Source of the DNA: Candidatus Hungatella pullicola | Lineage (GTDB): Bacteria > Bacillota > Clostridia > Lachnospirales > Lachnospiraceae | Length of the DNA: 64,000 nt | Assembly (NCBI GenBank): GCA_019114305.1 | Contig: DXFU01000087.1 | Location: forward strand, 616-64,615 | Reading direction: 5' to 3' | Part shown: in pieces, positions 34,410-41,805 of the stretch | How positions within the stretch are numbered: the stretch's first letter is position 1 | Layout: each line of letters opens with the position of its first letter | Notes under the pieces: generated by a model | Database searches by the model: none | What the model was told of the DNA's origin: nothing | The model's input: the letters and a program-made list of their open reading frames with translations, nothing else | Position numbers and translations under genes: made by a program

Positions 34410-36563
34410 TTACGCTCTTGCAGCAGCTGCGCGTCCTTTCTCAGCTTTTGGAGCCGGACGGAACAGAAGATAAAGTCCGACAGCCAGAACAATGATGGCT
34501 GCTGCTGTTCCAACGCCAAATCCGCCGCCCATAATAAAGGAACCCAACTGATAAATAATCAGGCAGACACAGTACGCAAACACATTCTGGAATACAATTG
34601 CAAAAGCTGTCCACTTCTTATCACCAAATTCCTTAGCTGCTGTACTGATAGCGGCCAGGCAAGGAGAATCCAGAAGGTTGAAGGCAAGGAAGGAGAATGC
34701 TGCAATGGCGTTGCCCATAAAGAAGTCGTTCATTACGTACTCCCAAAGAGCAACATCTGTTTCTCCCGCGTCGGCCAGACCTGCAAGAACGCCCATAGTG
34801 CTGACAATACCCTCTTTTGCAACAAATCCGGAGATAGAAGAAGCAACTGCCTGCCAGCTTCCAAATCCCAGAGGAGCAAAAATAGGTGCCAGTATTCCGC
34901 CCAGCATAGCCATAAAGGAGTTCTCTGTCTGCTCTACAAGGCCAAACGCTCCGTTTTCAAAACCAAGAGTAGCCAGAATCCACATAACCATACAGCATAC
35001 AAACAGGATGGTACCAGCCTTCTTTAAGAAGCTCCATACTCTCTCCCAAACATGCATCAGCACAGTCTTAGGGGATGGAATATGATACTGAGGAAGCTCA
35101 ATTACAAACGGAGACGGATCTCCCGCAAAAAGCTTTGTCTTCTTTAATATAATACAGGAAATGATAACAGATGCAATACCAATAAAGTACATGGCAGGAG
35201 CCATCCACCAGGAACCTCCCATAATAGCGCCTGCAATCAGAGCAATAACAGGAAGCTTGGCACCACATGGAATAAATGTGGTCGTGATAATGGTCATCTT
35301 GCGATTCTTGTCATCTTCAATTGTCTTTGTAGCCATAATTCCCGGAACTCCACAGCCAGAGGAGATCAGCATTGGAATAAAGCTCTTACCGGACAATCCG
35401 AATCTGCGGAAAATGCGGTCCATAATGAAGGCTACACGAGCCATGTATCCGCAATCCTCAAGGAAGGACAGGAACACAAACAAAATTGCCATCTGAGGAG
35501 CGAAACCAATAGGAGCTGCAAGGCCGCCGATAATACCGTCTACAATCAAAGATACCAGCCAGTCGGAAGCGCCTATCGCCTCAAGGCCCGAAGCTACTGC
35601 AGGCTGAATCCACGCACCAAAGAGAGTATCATTGGTCCAGTCGGTAACAATTGTTCCAAGAGAAGTAACTGAAACATAGTATACCACAAACATAACAACC
35701 GCGAAAATAGGAAGAGCCAGCCATCTGTTTGTCACAATCTGGTCGATCTTATCAGAAGGTGTCATGCCTGTATGCTTCTTTTTCTGGCAGCCGGAAATAA
35801 CCCTTCCTATGTAATCGTATCTTTCATTGGTGATAATACTTTCTGTATCATCATCTAGTTCCTTCTCTGCCTGAGCAGTGATCTCATTCAGTCTTCTTTC
35901 ACTGTCTGCGGAAAGATTCAATTTCCCCAGAACCTTCTCATCCTTCTCAAACAGCTTAACCGTATACCAGCGAACCTGAGAATCAGGAACAGAGGATGGA
36001 ACCAGCTGGGAAATCTCAGACAGCATATCCTCAACCTTTTGAGAAAACTCATGCTTCGGGATCTGAACCTGCTTTTGTCCAGCCAGCTTAATTGCTTTCT
36101 GAACCACCTGCTCCAATCCGTCTCCCTTTAAAGCAGAGGTTTCTACAACTTCACAGCCAAAGGCTGACGCAAGCTTTTTGGCATTCACCTGAATTCCCAG
36201 TTTTTCAGATAAATCAATCATATTCAGGGCGACTACTACGGGGATACCCAGTTCCAGCACCTGAGTTGTTAAATATAAGTTTCTTTCCAAGTTGGTAGCG
36301 TCAACCAGATTGATAATCGCATCTGGTCTTTCATTCAGCAGATAGTCACGGCTGACTACTTCTTCCAGAGAGTAAGGAGAAAGGGAATAAATTCCTGGAA
36401 GGTCGGTGATAATTACATCCTTGTTTCCCTTTAATTTTCCTTCCTTCTTTTCAACAGTAACTCCCGGCCAGTTTCCCACATACTGGTTGGAGCCTGTCAG
36501 ATTGTTAAACATGGTCGTCTTGCCGCAGTTAGGGTTGCCGGCAAGCGCAATACGGATTGCCAT
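34410..36563 (-). CDS. feoB: Ferrous iron transporter FeoB
   Basis: 717 aa with the N-terminal G-domain motif GNPNCGKTT and a polytopic permease domain. Confidence 0.95.
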   Translation of the reverse strand: MAIRIALAGNPNCGKTTMFNNLTGSNQYVGNWPGVTVEKKEGKLKGNKDVIITDLPGIYSLSPYSLEEVVSRDYLLNERPDAIINLVDATNLERNLYLTTQVLELGIPVVVALNMIDLSEKLGIQVNAKKLASAFGCEVVETSALKGDGLEQVVQKAIKLAGQKQVQIPKHEFSQKVEDMLSEISQLVPSSVPDSQVRWYTVKLFEKDEKVLGKLNLSADSERRLNEITAQAEKELDDDTESIITNERYDYIGRVISGCQKKKHTGMTPSDKIDQIVTNRWLALPIFAVVMFVVYYVSVTSLGTIVTDWTNDTLFGAWIQPAVASGLEAIGASDWLVSLIVDGIIGGLAAPIGFAPQMAILFVFLSFLEDCGYMARVAFIMDRIFRRFGLSGKSFIPMLISSGCGVPGIMATKTIEDDKNRKMTIITTTFIPCGAKLPVIALIAGAIMGGSWWMAPAMYFIGIASVIISCIILKKTKLFAGDPSPFVIELPQYHIPSPKTVLMHVWERVWSFLKKAGTILFVCCMVMWILATLGFENGAFGLVEQTENSFMAMLGGILAPIFAPLGFGSWQAVASSISGFVAKEGIVSTMGVLAGLADAGETDVALWEYVMNDFFMGNAIAAFSFLAFNLLDSPCLAAISTAAKEFGDKKWTAFAIVFQNVFAYCVCLIIYQLGSFIMGGGFGVGTAAAIIVLAVGLYLLFRPAPKAEKGRAAAARA

Positions 36564-36581
36564 ACTCTTATTACCTCCTTC

Positions 36582-36602
36582 TTAGTTAGTTTCAACTAAC
36601 TT
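36582..36602. promoter_or_regulatory. 21-nt motif TTAGTTAGTTTcAaCTAACTT (copy A), just upstream of the feoB RBS
   Basis: 19 of 21 positions are identical to 45588-45608. It contains the inverted repeat AGTTAG-N6-CTAACT. Confidence 0.4.
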
Positions 36603-36607
36603 ATCAG

Positions 36608-36633
36608 TTAAAAATTGGGGACTTTACAGTCCC
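36608..36633 (-). terminator. Short terminator-like hairpin between feoA and feoB
   Basis: The minus strand reads GGGACU-GUAA-AGUCCC followed by CAAUUUUUAA. The stem is only 6 bp. Confidence 0.35.
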
Positions 36634-36647
36634 GGCTATTCAGGTAA

Positions 36648-36869
36648 TTATTCTACCTCAATCAGCTCAGCGTCCTGCTTTCTTAAAGAAAGTTCATACC
36701 CTCTCACAGTAACCTCTACCGGATCACCTAAAGGAGCAACTTTTCTTACATAAACAGAAACGCCTTTTGTGATGCCCATATCCATAATACGGCGCTTCAC
36801 GGCTCCCTCACCATTGAGCTTTTTCACTGTGACCGTGCTTCCGCAAGGTGTCTCTCTCAGTGTTCGCAT
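36648..36869 (-). CDS. feoA: FeoA-family protein (copy 2)
   Basis: 73 aa, SH3-like FeoA (VTVKKLNGEGAVKRRIMDMGITKG...VAPLGDPVEV). I placed the start at ATG 36869 (RBS AGGAGGA). Confidence 0.85.
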   Translation of the reverse strand: MRTLRETPCGSTVTVKKLNGEGAVKRRIMDMGITKGVSVYVRKVAPLGDPVEVTVRGYELSLRKQDAELIEVE

Positions 36870-36882
36870 CCTTGTTGTCCTC

Positions 36883-37095
36883 CTAAACCATAATCTTTCT
36901 TGCCATTTCTTCGTTAACAGCAACTCTGGAATCCTTGATATTGATTATCATGTTTCCGCTGATGGTGGATACCACAGTCACCGAAGCTCCCGTAACAAAG
37001 CCCAGATTCTCCAAAAAACGTCGGGTTGTCTCATTTCCTCCGACTTTTTTAATAGTTTGCACTTCGCCGGGTTTCACCATGGTTAACGGCATCAT
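36883..37095 (-). CDS. feoA: FeoA-family protein (copy 1)
   Basis: MMPLTMVKPGEVQTIKKVGGNETTRRFLENLGF. I placed the start at ATG 37095, with GAGGTG ~7 nt upstream. The ORF-track start is GTG 37104. Confidence 0.85.
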   Translation of the reverse strand: MMPLTMVKPGEVQTIKKVGGNETTRRFLENLGFVTGASVTVVSTISGNMIINIKDSRVAVNEEMARKIMV

Positions 37096-37119
37096 TCTCA
37101 CCACCTCTTCTTATTTACT

Positions 37120-37134
37120 TGATATTCATTATCA
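37120..37134. promoter_or_regulatory. Fur box 1 (7-1-7)
   Basis: TGATATTCATTATCA against the consensus TGATAATnATTATCA (14/15). It lies in the predicted feoA leader. Confidence 0.6.
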
Positions 37135-37155
37135 ATTTCACTTACCAACGTAGTT

Positions 37156-37184
37156 AGTATATGCTTATTTGCAGGAAAAATCAA
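37156..37184 (-). promoter_or_regulatory. Candidate sigma-A promoter of the feoAAB operon
   Basis: The minus strand reads TTGATT (37184-37179), a 17-nt spacer, then TATACT (37161-37156). Confidence 0.5.
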
Positions 37185-37193
37185 GAGTATAAT

Positions 37194-37208
37194 TGAAAAT
37201 AATTATCA
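37194..37208. promoter_or_regulatory. Fur box 2 (7-1-7)
   Basis: TGAAAATAATTATCA (14/15 to the consensus), 10 nt upstream of the -35 element. Confidence 0.55.
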
Positions 37209-37236
37209 ATAAGTATTTATTTCCCAATTATATGCA

Positions 37237-37277
37237 TAAAAATACCATCCGGTATTTTTATGCAAAATTCCGGATGG
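37237..37277 (-). terminator. Intrinsic terminator after znuB
   Basis: The minus strand reads CCATCCGG-(17-nt loop)-CCGGATGG followed by TATTTTTA. Confidence 0.7.
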
Positions 37278-37305
37278 CATTCTTTTCCTTGATATTTCCT
37301 CCCTG

Positions 37306-38151
37306 TCAGCCATTGGTCTCTTTTTTTCCTGCAATCCCTCCACCTGTCAACCTGCCAATGAAAGCAAATAAAAGAAATGCCGCCAGATTGACAATCACCA
37401 CGCTGGCTCCTGCCGGCGTAGACAGCCGATAAGAACATATCATGCCTATAAAAAAGCACACCACAGCCAGGATTCCAGATGAAAGCACAACTCCTCTGAA
37501 ACTTTTAAACAGCCGCATAGAGGTAATGGCCGGGAATATAATAAGGCTTGAGATTAGCATTGCTCCCATCATACGCATACCAAGAACAATGGTAACCGCA
37601 GTCAGTATGGCAATTAAAATATTATATCCCGACACATTAACACCTGTAGCCTTGGCAAAACTTTCATCAAAGGTAACTGCAAATATTTTATTGTAACAGA
37701 AGAGAAAAAGAAACAGAACCACTGCTGACAAGAGAACTGCCAGCGTCACATCAGTTTTACTCATAGCCAATATACTTCCGAACATATAGCTGCTTACATC
37801 TGTAGTCAGCCCTGTAGTCATGGAAGTAACCAGGATTCCCATGGCCAGAGCTGATGCTGAGATCATTGCAATAGCCGCATCACTTTTCATTCTGCCGTTT
37901 TCCGTAATTCTCAGAAGGAAGAAAGCTGCCAGAACCACAATAGGGATCGACACAGGAAGGGGAGACCAGCCGGCAGCCACGGCAATGGACAATGCTCCAA
38001 ACGAAACATGGGAAAGTCCGTCTCCAATCATGGAGTACCGCTTCAGCACCAGACTTACCCCAAGCAATGAAGCGCAGAGAGAAATTAAAATTCCGCCTAT
38101 TAAAGCCCTCACCAGAAACGGATAAGACAGCATTTCCATTATGGTTTCCAT
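37306..38151 (-). CDS. znuB: Metal (Zn/Mn-type) ABC transporter permease
   Basis: 281-aa polytopic protein of the ABC-3 (ZnuB/MntB/TroC) family type. It overlaps the ATPase gene by 13 nt. Confidence 0.8.
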   Translation of the reverse strand: METIMEMLSYPFLVRALIGGILISLCASLLGVSLVLKRYSMIGDGLSHVSFGALSIAVAAGWSPLPVSIPIVVLAAFFLLRITENGRMKSDAAIAMISASALAMGILVTSMTTGLTTDVSSYMFGSILAMSKTDVTLAVLLSAVVLFLFLFCYNKIFAVTFDESFAKATGVNVSGYNILIAILTAVTIVLGMRMMGAMLISSLIIFPAITSMRLFKSFRGVVLSSGILAVVCFFIGMICSYRLSTPAGASVVIVNLAAFLLFAFIGRLTGGGIAGKKETNG

Positions 38152-38858
38152 TTTCCAGCACCTCCTGCATATAGATGTTCGCCATCGCTGTTCAGATAGT
38201 CGCTGACCGTGCCGTAAAACAGCACATGACGCTTCAGGTGAAGTATCTTGTCCCCATGAGCCACCACATTTTCAATATCATGGGAAACCATAACAATAGC
38301 TACCTTCTCATCTCTGTTCAGCTTATCAATAATAGAGTAAAACTCTGCTGCCGCCGATGGATCCAGCCCCGTAATAGGCTCATCCAGAATAAGAAGACGG
38401 TCTGTTGCACAAAGAGCCCTGGCGATCAGTACTCTCTGCTGCTGTCCGCCGGATAATTCCCTGTAGCAGCAGCCGGCCAGATCCCATATTCCCAGCCGTT
38501 TCATATTATCAGCGGCCAGCTTCTTTTCCTTCGGGGAATAGAAAGGCCTGTTTCCTCTTCTGCTTAAGCAGCCGGATATAACCACCTCTCTCACTGTTGC
38601 GGGGAAATCTTTCTGGGCGGCTGTTTGCTGGGGAAGATAGCCGATTCCACTTTTTTTCAGCTCCTCGTCTATGACAATGGTTCCTTTGGTAGGTTTTAAA
38701 AGCCCTAAAAATCCTTTCATCAGCGTGCTTTTTCCTGAACCATTCTCCCCCACGATACATAAGTAATCTCCAGGATTCACTTCCATAGTCACATCCACCA
38801 CGGCATCCTGGTTTTCATATCCAAAATCAACATGACTGCATTGTATTAATGGGTTCAT
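38139..38858 (-). CDS. znuC: Metal ABC transporter ATP-binding protein
   Basis: Walker A GENGSGKST, signature LSGGQQQR and Walker B LLILDEP. Confidence 0.85.
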   Translation of the reverse strand: MNPLIQCSHVDFGYENQDAVVDVTMEVNPGDYLCIVGENGSGKSTLMKGFLGLLKPTKGTIVIDEELKKSGIGYLPQQTAAQKDFPATVREVVISGCLSRRGNRPFYSPKEKKLAADNMKRLGIWDLAGCCYRELSGGQQQRVLIARALCATDRLLILDEPITGLDPSAAAEFYSIIDKLNRDEKVAIVMVSHDIENVVAHGDKILHLKRHVLFYGTVSDYLNSDGEHLYAGGAGKWKP

Positions 38859-39862
38859 TCATCCAATCCTTTTCTAAGATTCTCTACATTTTGTTCCATA
38901 AGTGACAGATACGTAACCCCTTCATCAAATTCCCGTCTTGTAACATTGTGACAGGAATGAAGGAGAAGAGGCTGTGCCCCGGTTTCTTCTGAGATAACCT
39001 GCGAAACACGGTGACTGCTCAGTTCCAGATAATAGATTACAGGAATCTGTTCTTCCTCTATTTTATCCATAAGATAGGCGATGGTTCCCGCGCTTGGCTC
39101 TGTGTCCGTACTGCATCCGGAAAAAGCTGCCCGATATCTTAGGTCATACTCATCTGCAAGATAGCGGAAAGGAAACTTATCCCCAACCACTATCATATCT
39201 CTTTTTCTCACAGCTCTATCTGTTACTTGAGAAAACTGGCGGTCCAGTTCCTGAAGCTGTTCCAAATAAGCATCCATATTCTCCTGGTACAGCTGTTGAT
39301 GTTTCGGGTCATTTTCTATCAGAGTGTCTCCAATTACCTGCACCAAAGTCATAGCATTCACCGGCGAGGTCCAGATATGCTCATCATATTCAATCTCAAT
39401 CTCATGTCCGTCATCCTCATCTTGATGATGGTGATCATGGTCATGCTCCTCATCTTCCATTCCCTCTACAATCTCTTCCTGAACCGTTTCCACATAATCC
39501 ATCCCCCTTACCACTGCTATGTTCTTTGTATCCACTGCCTCCAGCACCTGGTCCACCCAGTGTTCCATGGCGCCTCCGTTGCATATCAGAATATCTGCTT
39601 CCTGAATGGTAAGTATATCTGCCGGAGTCGGCTCAAAAGAATGACTGTCCATGCCAGCCGGTACAACCATAGTCAGCTGGATCTCATCTTGGCCAATCTG
39701 TCTGGCAAAGTCATAATAGGGAAAAAGGGTGGCAACTACATGCAGCCGTCCATCCTCTTCCTCCTCATTGTCTTGTACCCTGGCATGGCAGCCGGAAAGC
39801 AACAATGCCCCCAATAAAGCTGCCCCACAAAAAAATGGCAGAATATTAAACTTTTTTGTCAT
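38855..39862 (-). CDS. znuA: Metal ABC transporter substrate-binding lipoprotein with His/Asp-rich loop (zinc-type)
   Basis: Lipobox LLSGC, a cluster A-I SBP fold and the acidic His-rich loop EDEEHDHDHHHQDEDDGHE, which is characteristic of ZnuA/AdcA-type zinc binders. Confidence 0.75.
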   Translation of the reverse strand: MTKKFNILPFFCGAALLGALLLSGCHARVQDNEEEEDGRLHVVATLFPYYDFARQIGQDEIQLTMVVPAGMDSHSFEPTPADILTIQEADILICNGGAMEHWVDQVLEAVDTKNIAVVRGMDYVETVQEEIVEGMEDEEHDHDHHHQDEDDGHEIEIEYDEHIWTSPVNAMTLVQVIGDTLIENDPKHQQLYQENMDAYLEQLQELDRQFSQVTDRAVRKRDMIVVGDKFPFRYLADEYDLRYRAAFSGCSTDTEPSAGTIAYLMDKIEEEQIPVIYYLELSSHRVSQVISEETGAQPLLLHSCHNVTRREFDEGVTYLSLMEQNVENLRKGLDE

Positions 39863-39929
39863 AAATCATTCTCCTATCTGATTCCATCCAAATAGTATAA
39901 CATATTTTATCATGCAGGAAAAGAGCGGA

Positions 39930-39983
39930 TTTCAGAAAAGAACCCGCGAAAAAGGCCTGATTCCCGCCTTCTTCGCAGGTTCT
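39930..39983 (-). terminator. Intrinsic terminator after the LCP gene
   Basis: The minus strand reads AGAACCUGCGAA-(loop)-UUCGCGGGUUCU followed by UUUCUGAAAU. Confidence 0.7.
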
Positions 39984-39985
39984 TT

Positions 39986-41014
39986 TTACTCTGATCCAGT
40001 TCTTGTGCGAAGCATAATTTCTCTGCTGATTTCTTTTACCTCATCAGATGGCTGGTAATCCTCCTTATCATAGAGAAACTGATGAAGACGTATCACATTT
40101 TCCTCCAGCGTGACAGGTATGACGCAGTCCTTCTTTCCCACAATCTTATCCTCCAGAATAAAGGGAAATCCCTCCATCTGATCTAGGAAAAAGTCTTCCG
40201 CTCCAGCCACAAGATTCAGTCCATCCTGAACGCCTAAACTGGTGGACACCTGGGACAGTACCTTAGCCGCTGCCGCGGCCAAAGTTTTGTAATCAGCTTT
40301 TTTCGCCTTCTCAAAAATAAGCTGAGCCACCAGCCTCTGTCTCTTGGTTCTGGCAAAATCTGTATCCATTTTCCGAAGTCTTCCGTAAGCTACCGCCTGA
40401 ACTCCATCCAAATGGTTGAAACCAGGCTCTGCCAAATGAACAGAACCTATGCCTGTAGATTCCACCGTTTCCGTAATAAATCCGTTAATTACCTGAAACT
40501 CTTCCTGACTTATATCCACATCTACGCCGCCTAAAATATTGATGGCTTCTGCTACGGTCTTCCAATCAAAGGCAATATAATCATCAATTTCCAGATCCAG
40601 ATTTTCCTCCAAAACCTGAACCGCCCTTTTAGGCCCTCCCAGAAAATAAGCCTGGTTAATTTTGTCATACTGATTGTTTTCCCCTATCCGCGCGTAAGTA
40701 TCTCTGTAAATGGATACCAGACGGATACGGCCTGTGTCAAGATTTACCGAACATACCATTTCCATATCTGATCTGGTTCCCCTGTCAAGCTGTCCATCTC
40801 TGGAATCTACACCGAAAACAGCTATGGTCCAGCTTCCCTTCTTTTTCCTTTCTTCTTCTTTCCCGCTGCTTTCCTCCTCAGCCGTCCAGATCTCCTCTGT
40901 CTGTTCCGCCGCCTGGCTTTGGGCGTAATTCCAGCCCTTACCGATACCTATTCCCAAAAAGGCCGCCCATATGCCGGCTATCAGAGCAAATCCCCATTTC
41001 CATTTTCCTGCCAT
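39986..41014 (-). CDS. LytR-CpsA-Psr (LCP) family cell-wall glycopolymer ligase
   Basis: N-terminal TM helix, then an LCP core (FGVDSRDG...GTRSDMEMV...RDTY...IN). Confidence 0.85.
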   Translation of the reverse strand: MAGKWKWGFALIAGIWAAFLGIGIGKGWNYAQSQAAEQTEEIWTAEEESSGKEEERKKKGSWTIAVFGVDSRDGQLDRGTRSDMEMVCSVNLDTGRIRLVSIYRDTYARIGENNQYDKINQAYFLGGPKRAVQVLEENLDLEIDDYIAFDWKTVAEAINILGGVDVDISQEEFQVINGFITETVESTGIGSVHLAEPGFNHLDGVQAVAYGRLRKMDTDFARTKRQRLVAQLIFEKAKKADYKTLAAAAAKVLSQVSTSLGVQDGLNLVAGAEDFFLDQMEGFPFILEDKIVGKKDCVIPVTLEENVIRLHQFLYDKEDYQPSDEVKEISREIMLRTRTGSE

Positions 41015-41034
41015 AGTCTCTCCTTGGAATTTTA

Positions 41035-41096
41035 CTCCTGAATCACTTGTCTCATTTTCAGGAGATTCTACAGCTTATTTTCCTGAATTTTCAGGA
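41035..41096 (-). other. Four copies of a CCTGAA/TTCAGG heptamer forming two or alternative hairpins in the HAD-LCP intergenic region
   Basis: Plus strand: CTCCTGAA (41035-41042), TTCAGGAG (41057-41064), TCCTGA (41081-41086) and TCAGGA (41091-41096). Confidence 0.35.
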
Positions 41097-41098
41097 TT

Positions 41099-41779
41099 TT
41101 ATTCTCTGACAGCTTTATTTTCAGCGCTTAAAAACAGAGACTCTGCCTCCTTAGGACTGTCTATTACGTATTTAGGGGCAAAATGTTCCAGCTCCTCCCT
41201 GGTTCTGAATCCCCAGGTTACACCTACTGTGTCAAGACCTGCGTTTTTTCCTGTTTCCATATCCGTATTGGTATCGCCAAAATACAGACATTCCTCTGGC
41301 TTTACCCCCAATTGATTCATTATACTGAATACCCCGGCAGGATCCGGCTTACAGGGATATCCCATTCCATCTCCTAAAATGGCATCAAAAAAATTTTTGC
41401 CATAAACCCTTTCCACACACTCCACAGCCCTGTCATAAGCCTTGTTTGTTACCACGGCCAGCTTAATTTTCCTGTTTTTTAATAGCTGAAGAAATTCTTT
41501 CATTCCTTTGTATGGGCTGATTTTATAGAGACAGTACTGAGCAAAATTTCTGTTGTATATCTCCAAGGCCCTCTCATAATGTTTAAGCTCAATGTCTCCC
41601 CAGTACAGCAATGACCTTTCAATCAGCTTTTTATAGCCGTCACCAACAAAGACCTTTGTGTGTTCTTCATCTATCGGCCCATATCCCAGTTCCTCCATCG
41701 TTACACTGACCGTATAAGCCAGAGACTCAATGGTATTGATTATAGTTCCGTCTAAATCAAAAATGCAACATTGATACAT
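41099..41779 (-). CDS. HAD-superfamily hydrolase (phosphoglycolate phosphatase-like)
   Basis: Motif I FDLDGT directly after the start, VTNK, and GDTNTDMETGKNAG. I placed the start at ATG 41779 (RBS GGAAGGAG). Confidence 0.85.
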   Translation of the reverse strand: MYQCCIFDLDGTIINTIESLAYTVSVTMEELGYGPIDEEHTKVFVGDGYKKLIERSLLYWGDIELKHYERALEIYNRNFAQYCLYKISPYKGMKEFLQLLKNRKIKLAVVTNKAYDRAVECVERVYGKNFFDAILGDGMGYPCKPDPAGVFSIMNQLGVKPEECLYFGDTNTDMETGKNAGLDTVGVTWGFRTREELEHFAPKYVIDSPKEAESLFLSAENKAVRE

Positions 41780-41805
41780 AACTGCTCCTTCCTTTCCCCA
41801 TTTTG

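Noticed and set aside
34095-35027. 310-aa plus-strand ORF antisense to feoB. Similar long antisense ORFs occur at 12941-13648, 21132-21692, 39227-39817, 48249-48977, 52818-53573, 53720-54262 and 61918-62790.
   Set aside because: Each lies entirely inside a well-supported minus-strand gene. They have low-complexity or Cys/Ser/Leu-rich composition, no RBS and no recognisable motifs. They are typical shadow ORFs of the opposite strand.
39885-39915. Fur/Zur-like half-sites (TGATAA...TTATAC) overlapping a TGTTATACT extended -10 element upstream of znuA.
   Set aside because: Only 4 of 6 positions match in the second arm and the background is AT-rich. I cannot distinguish it from chance by eye.
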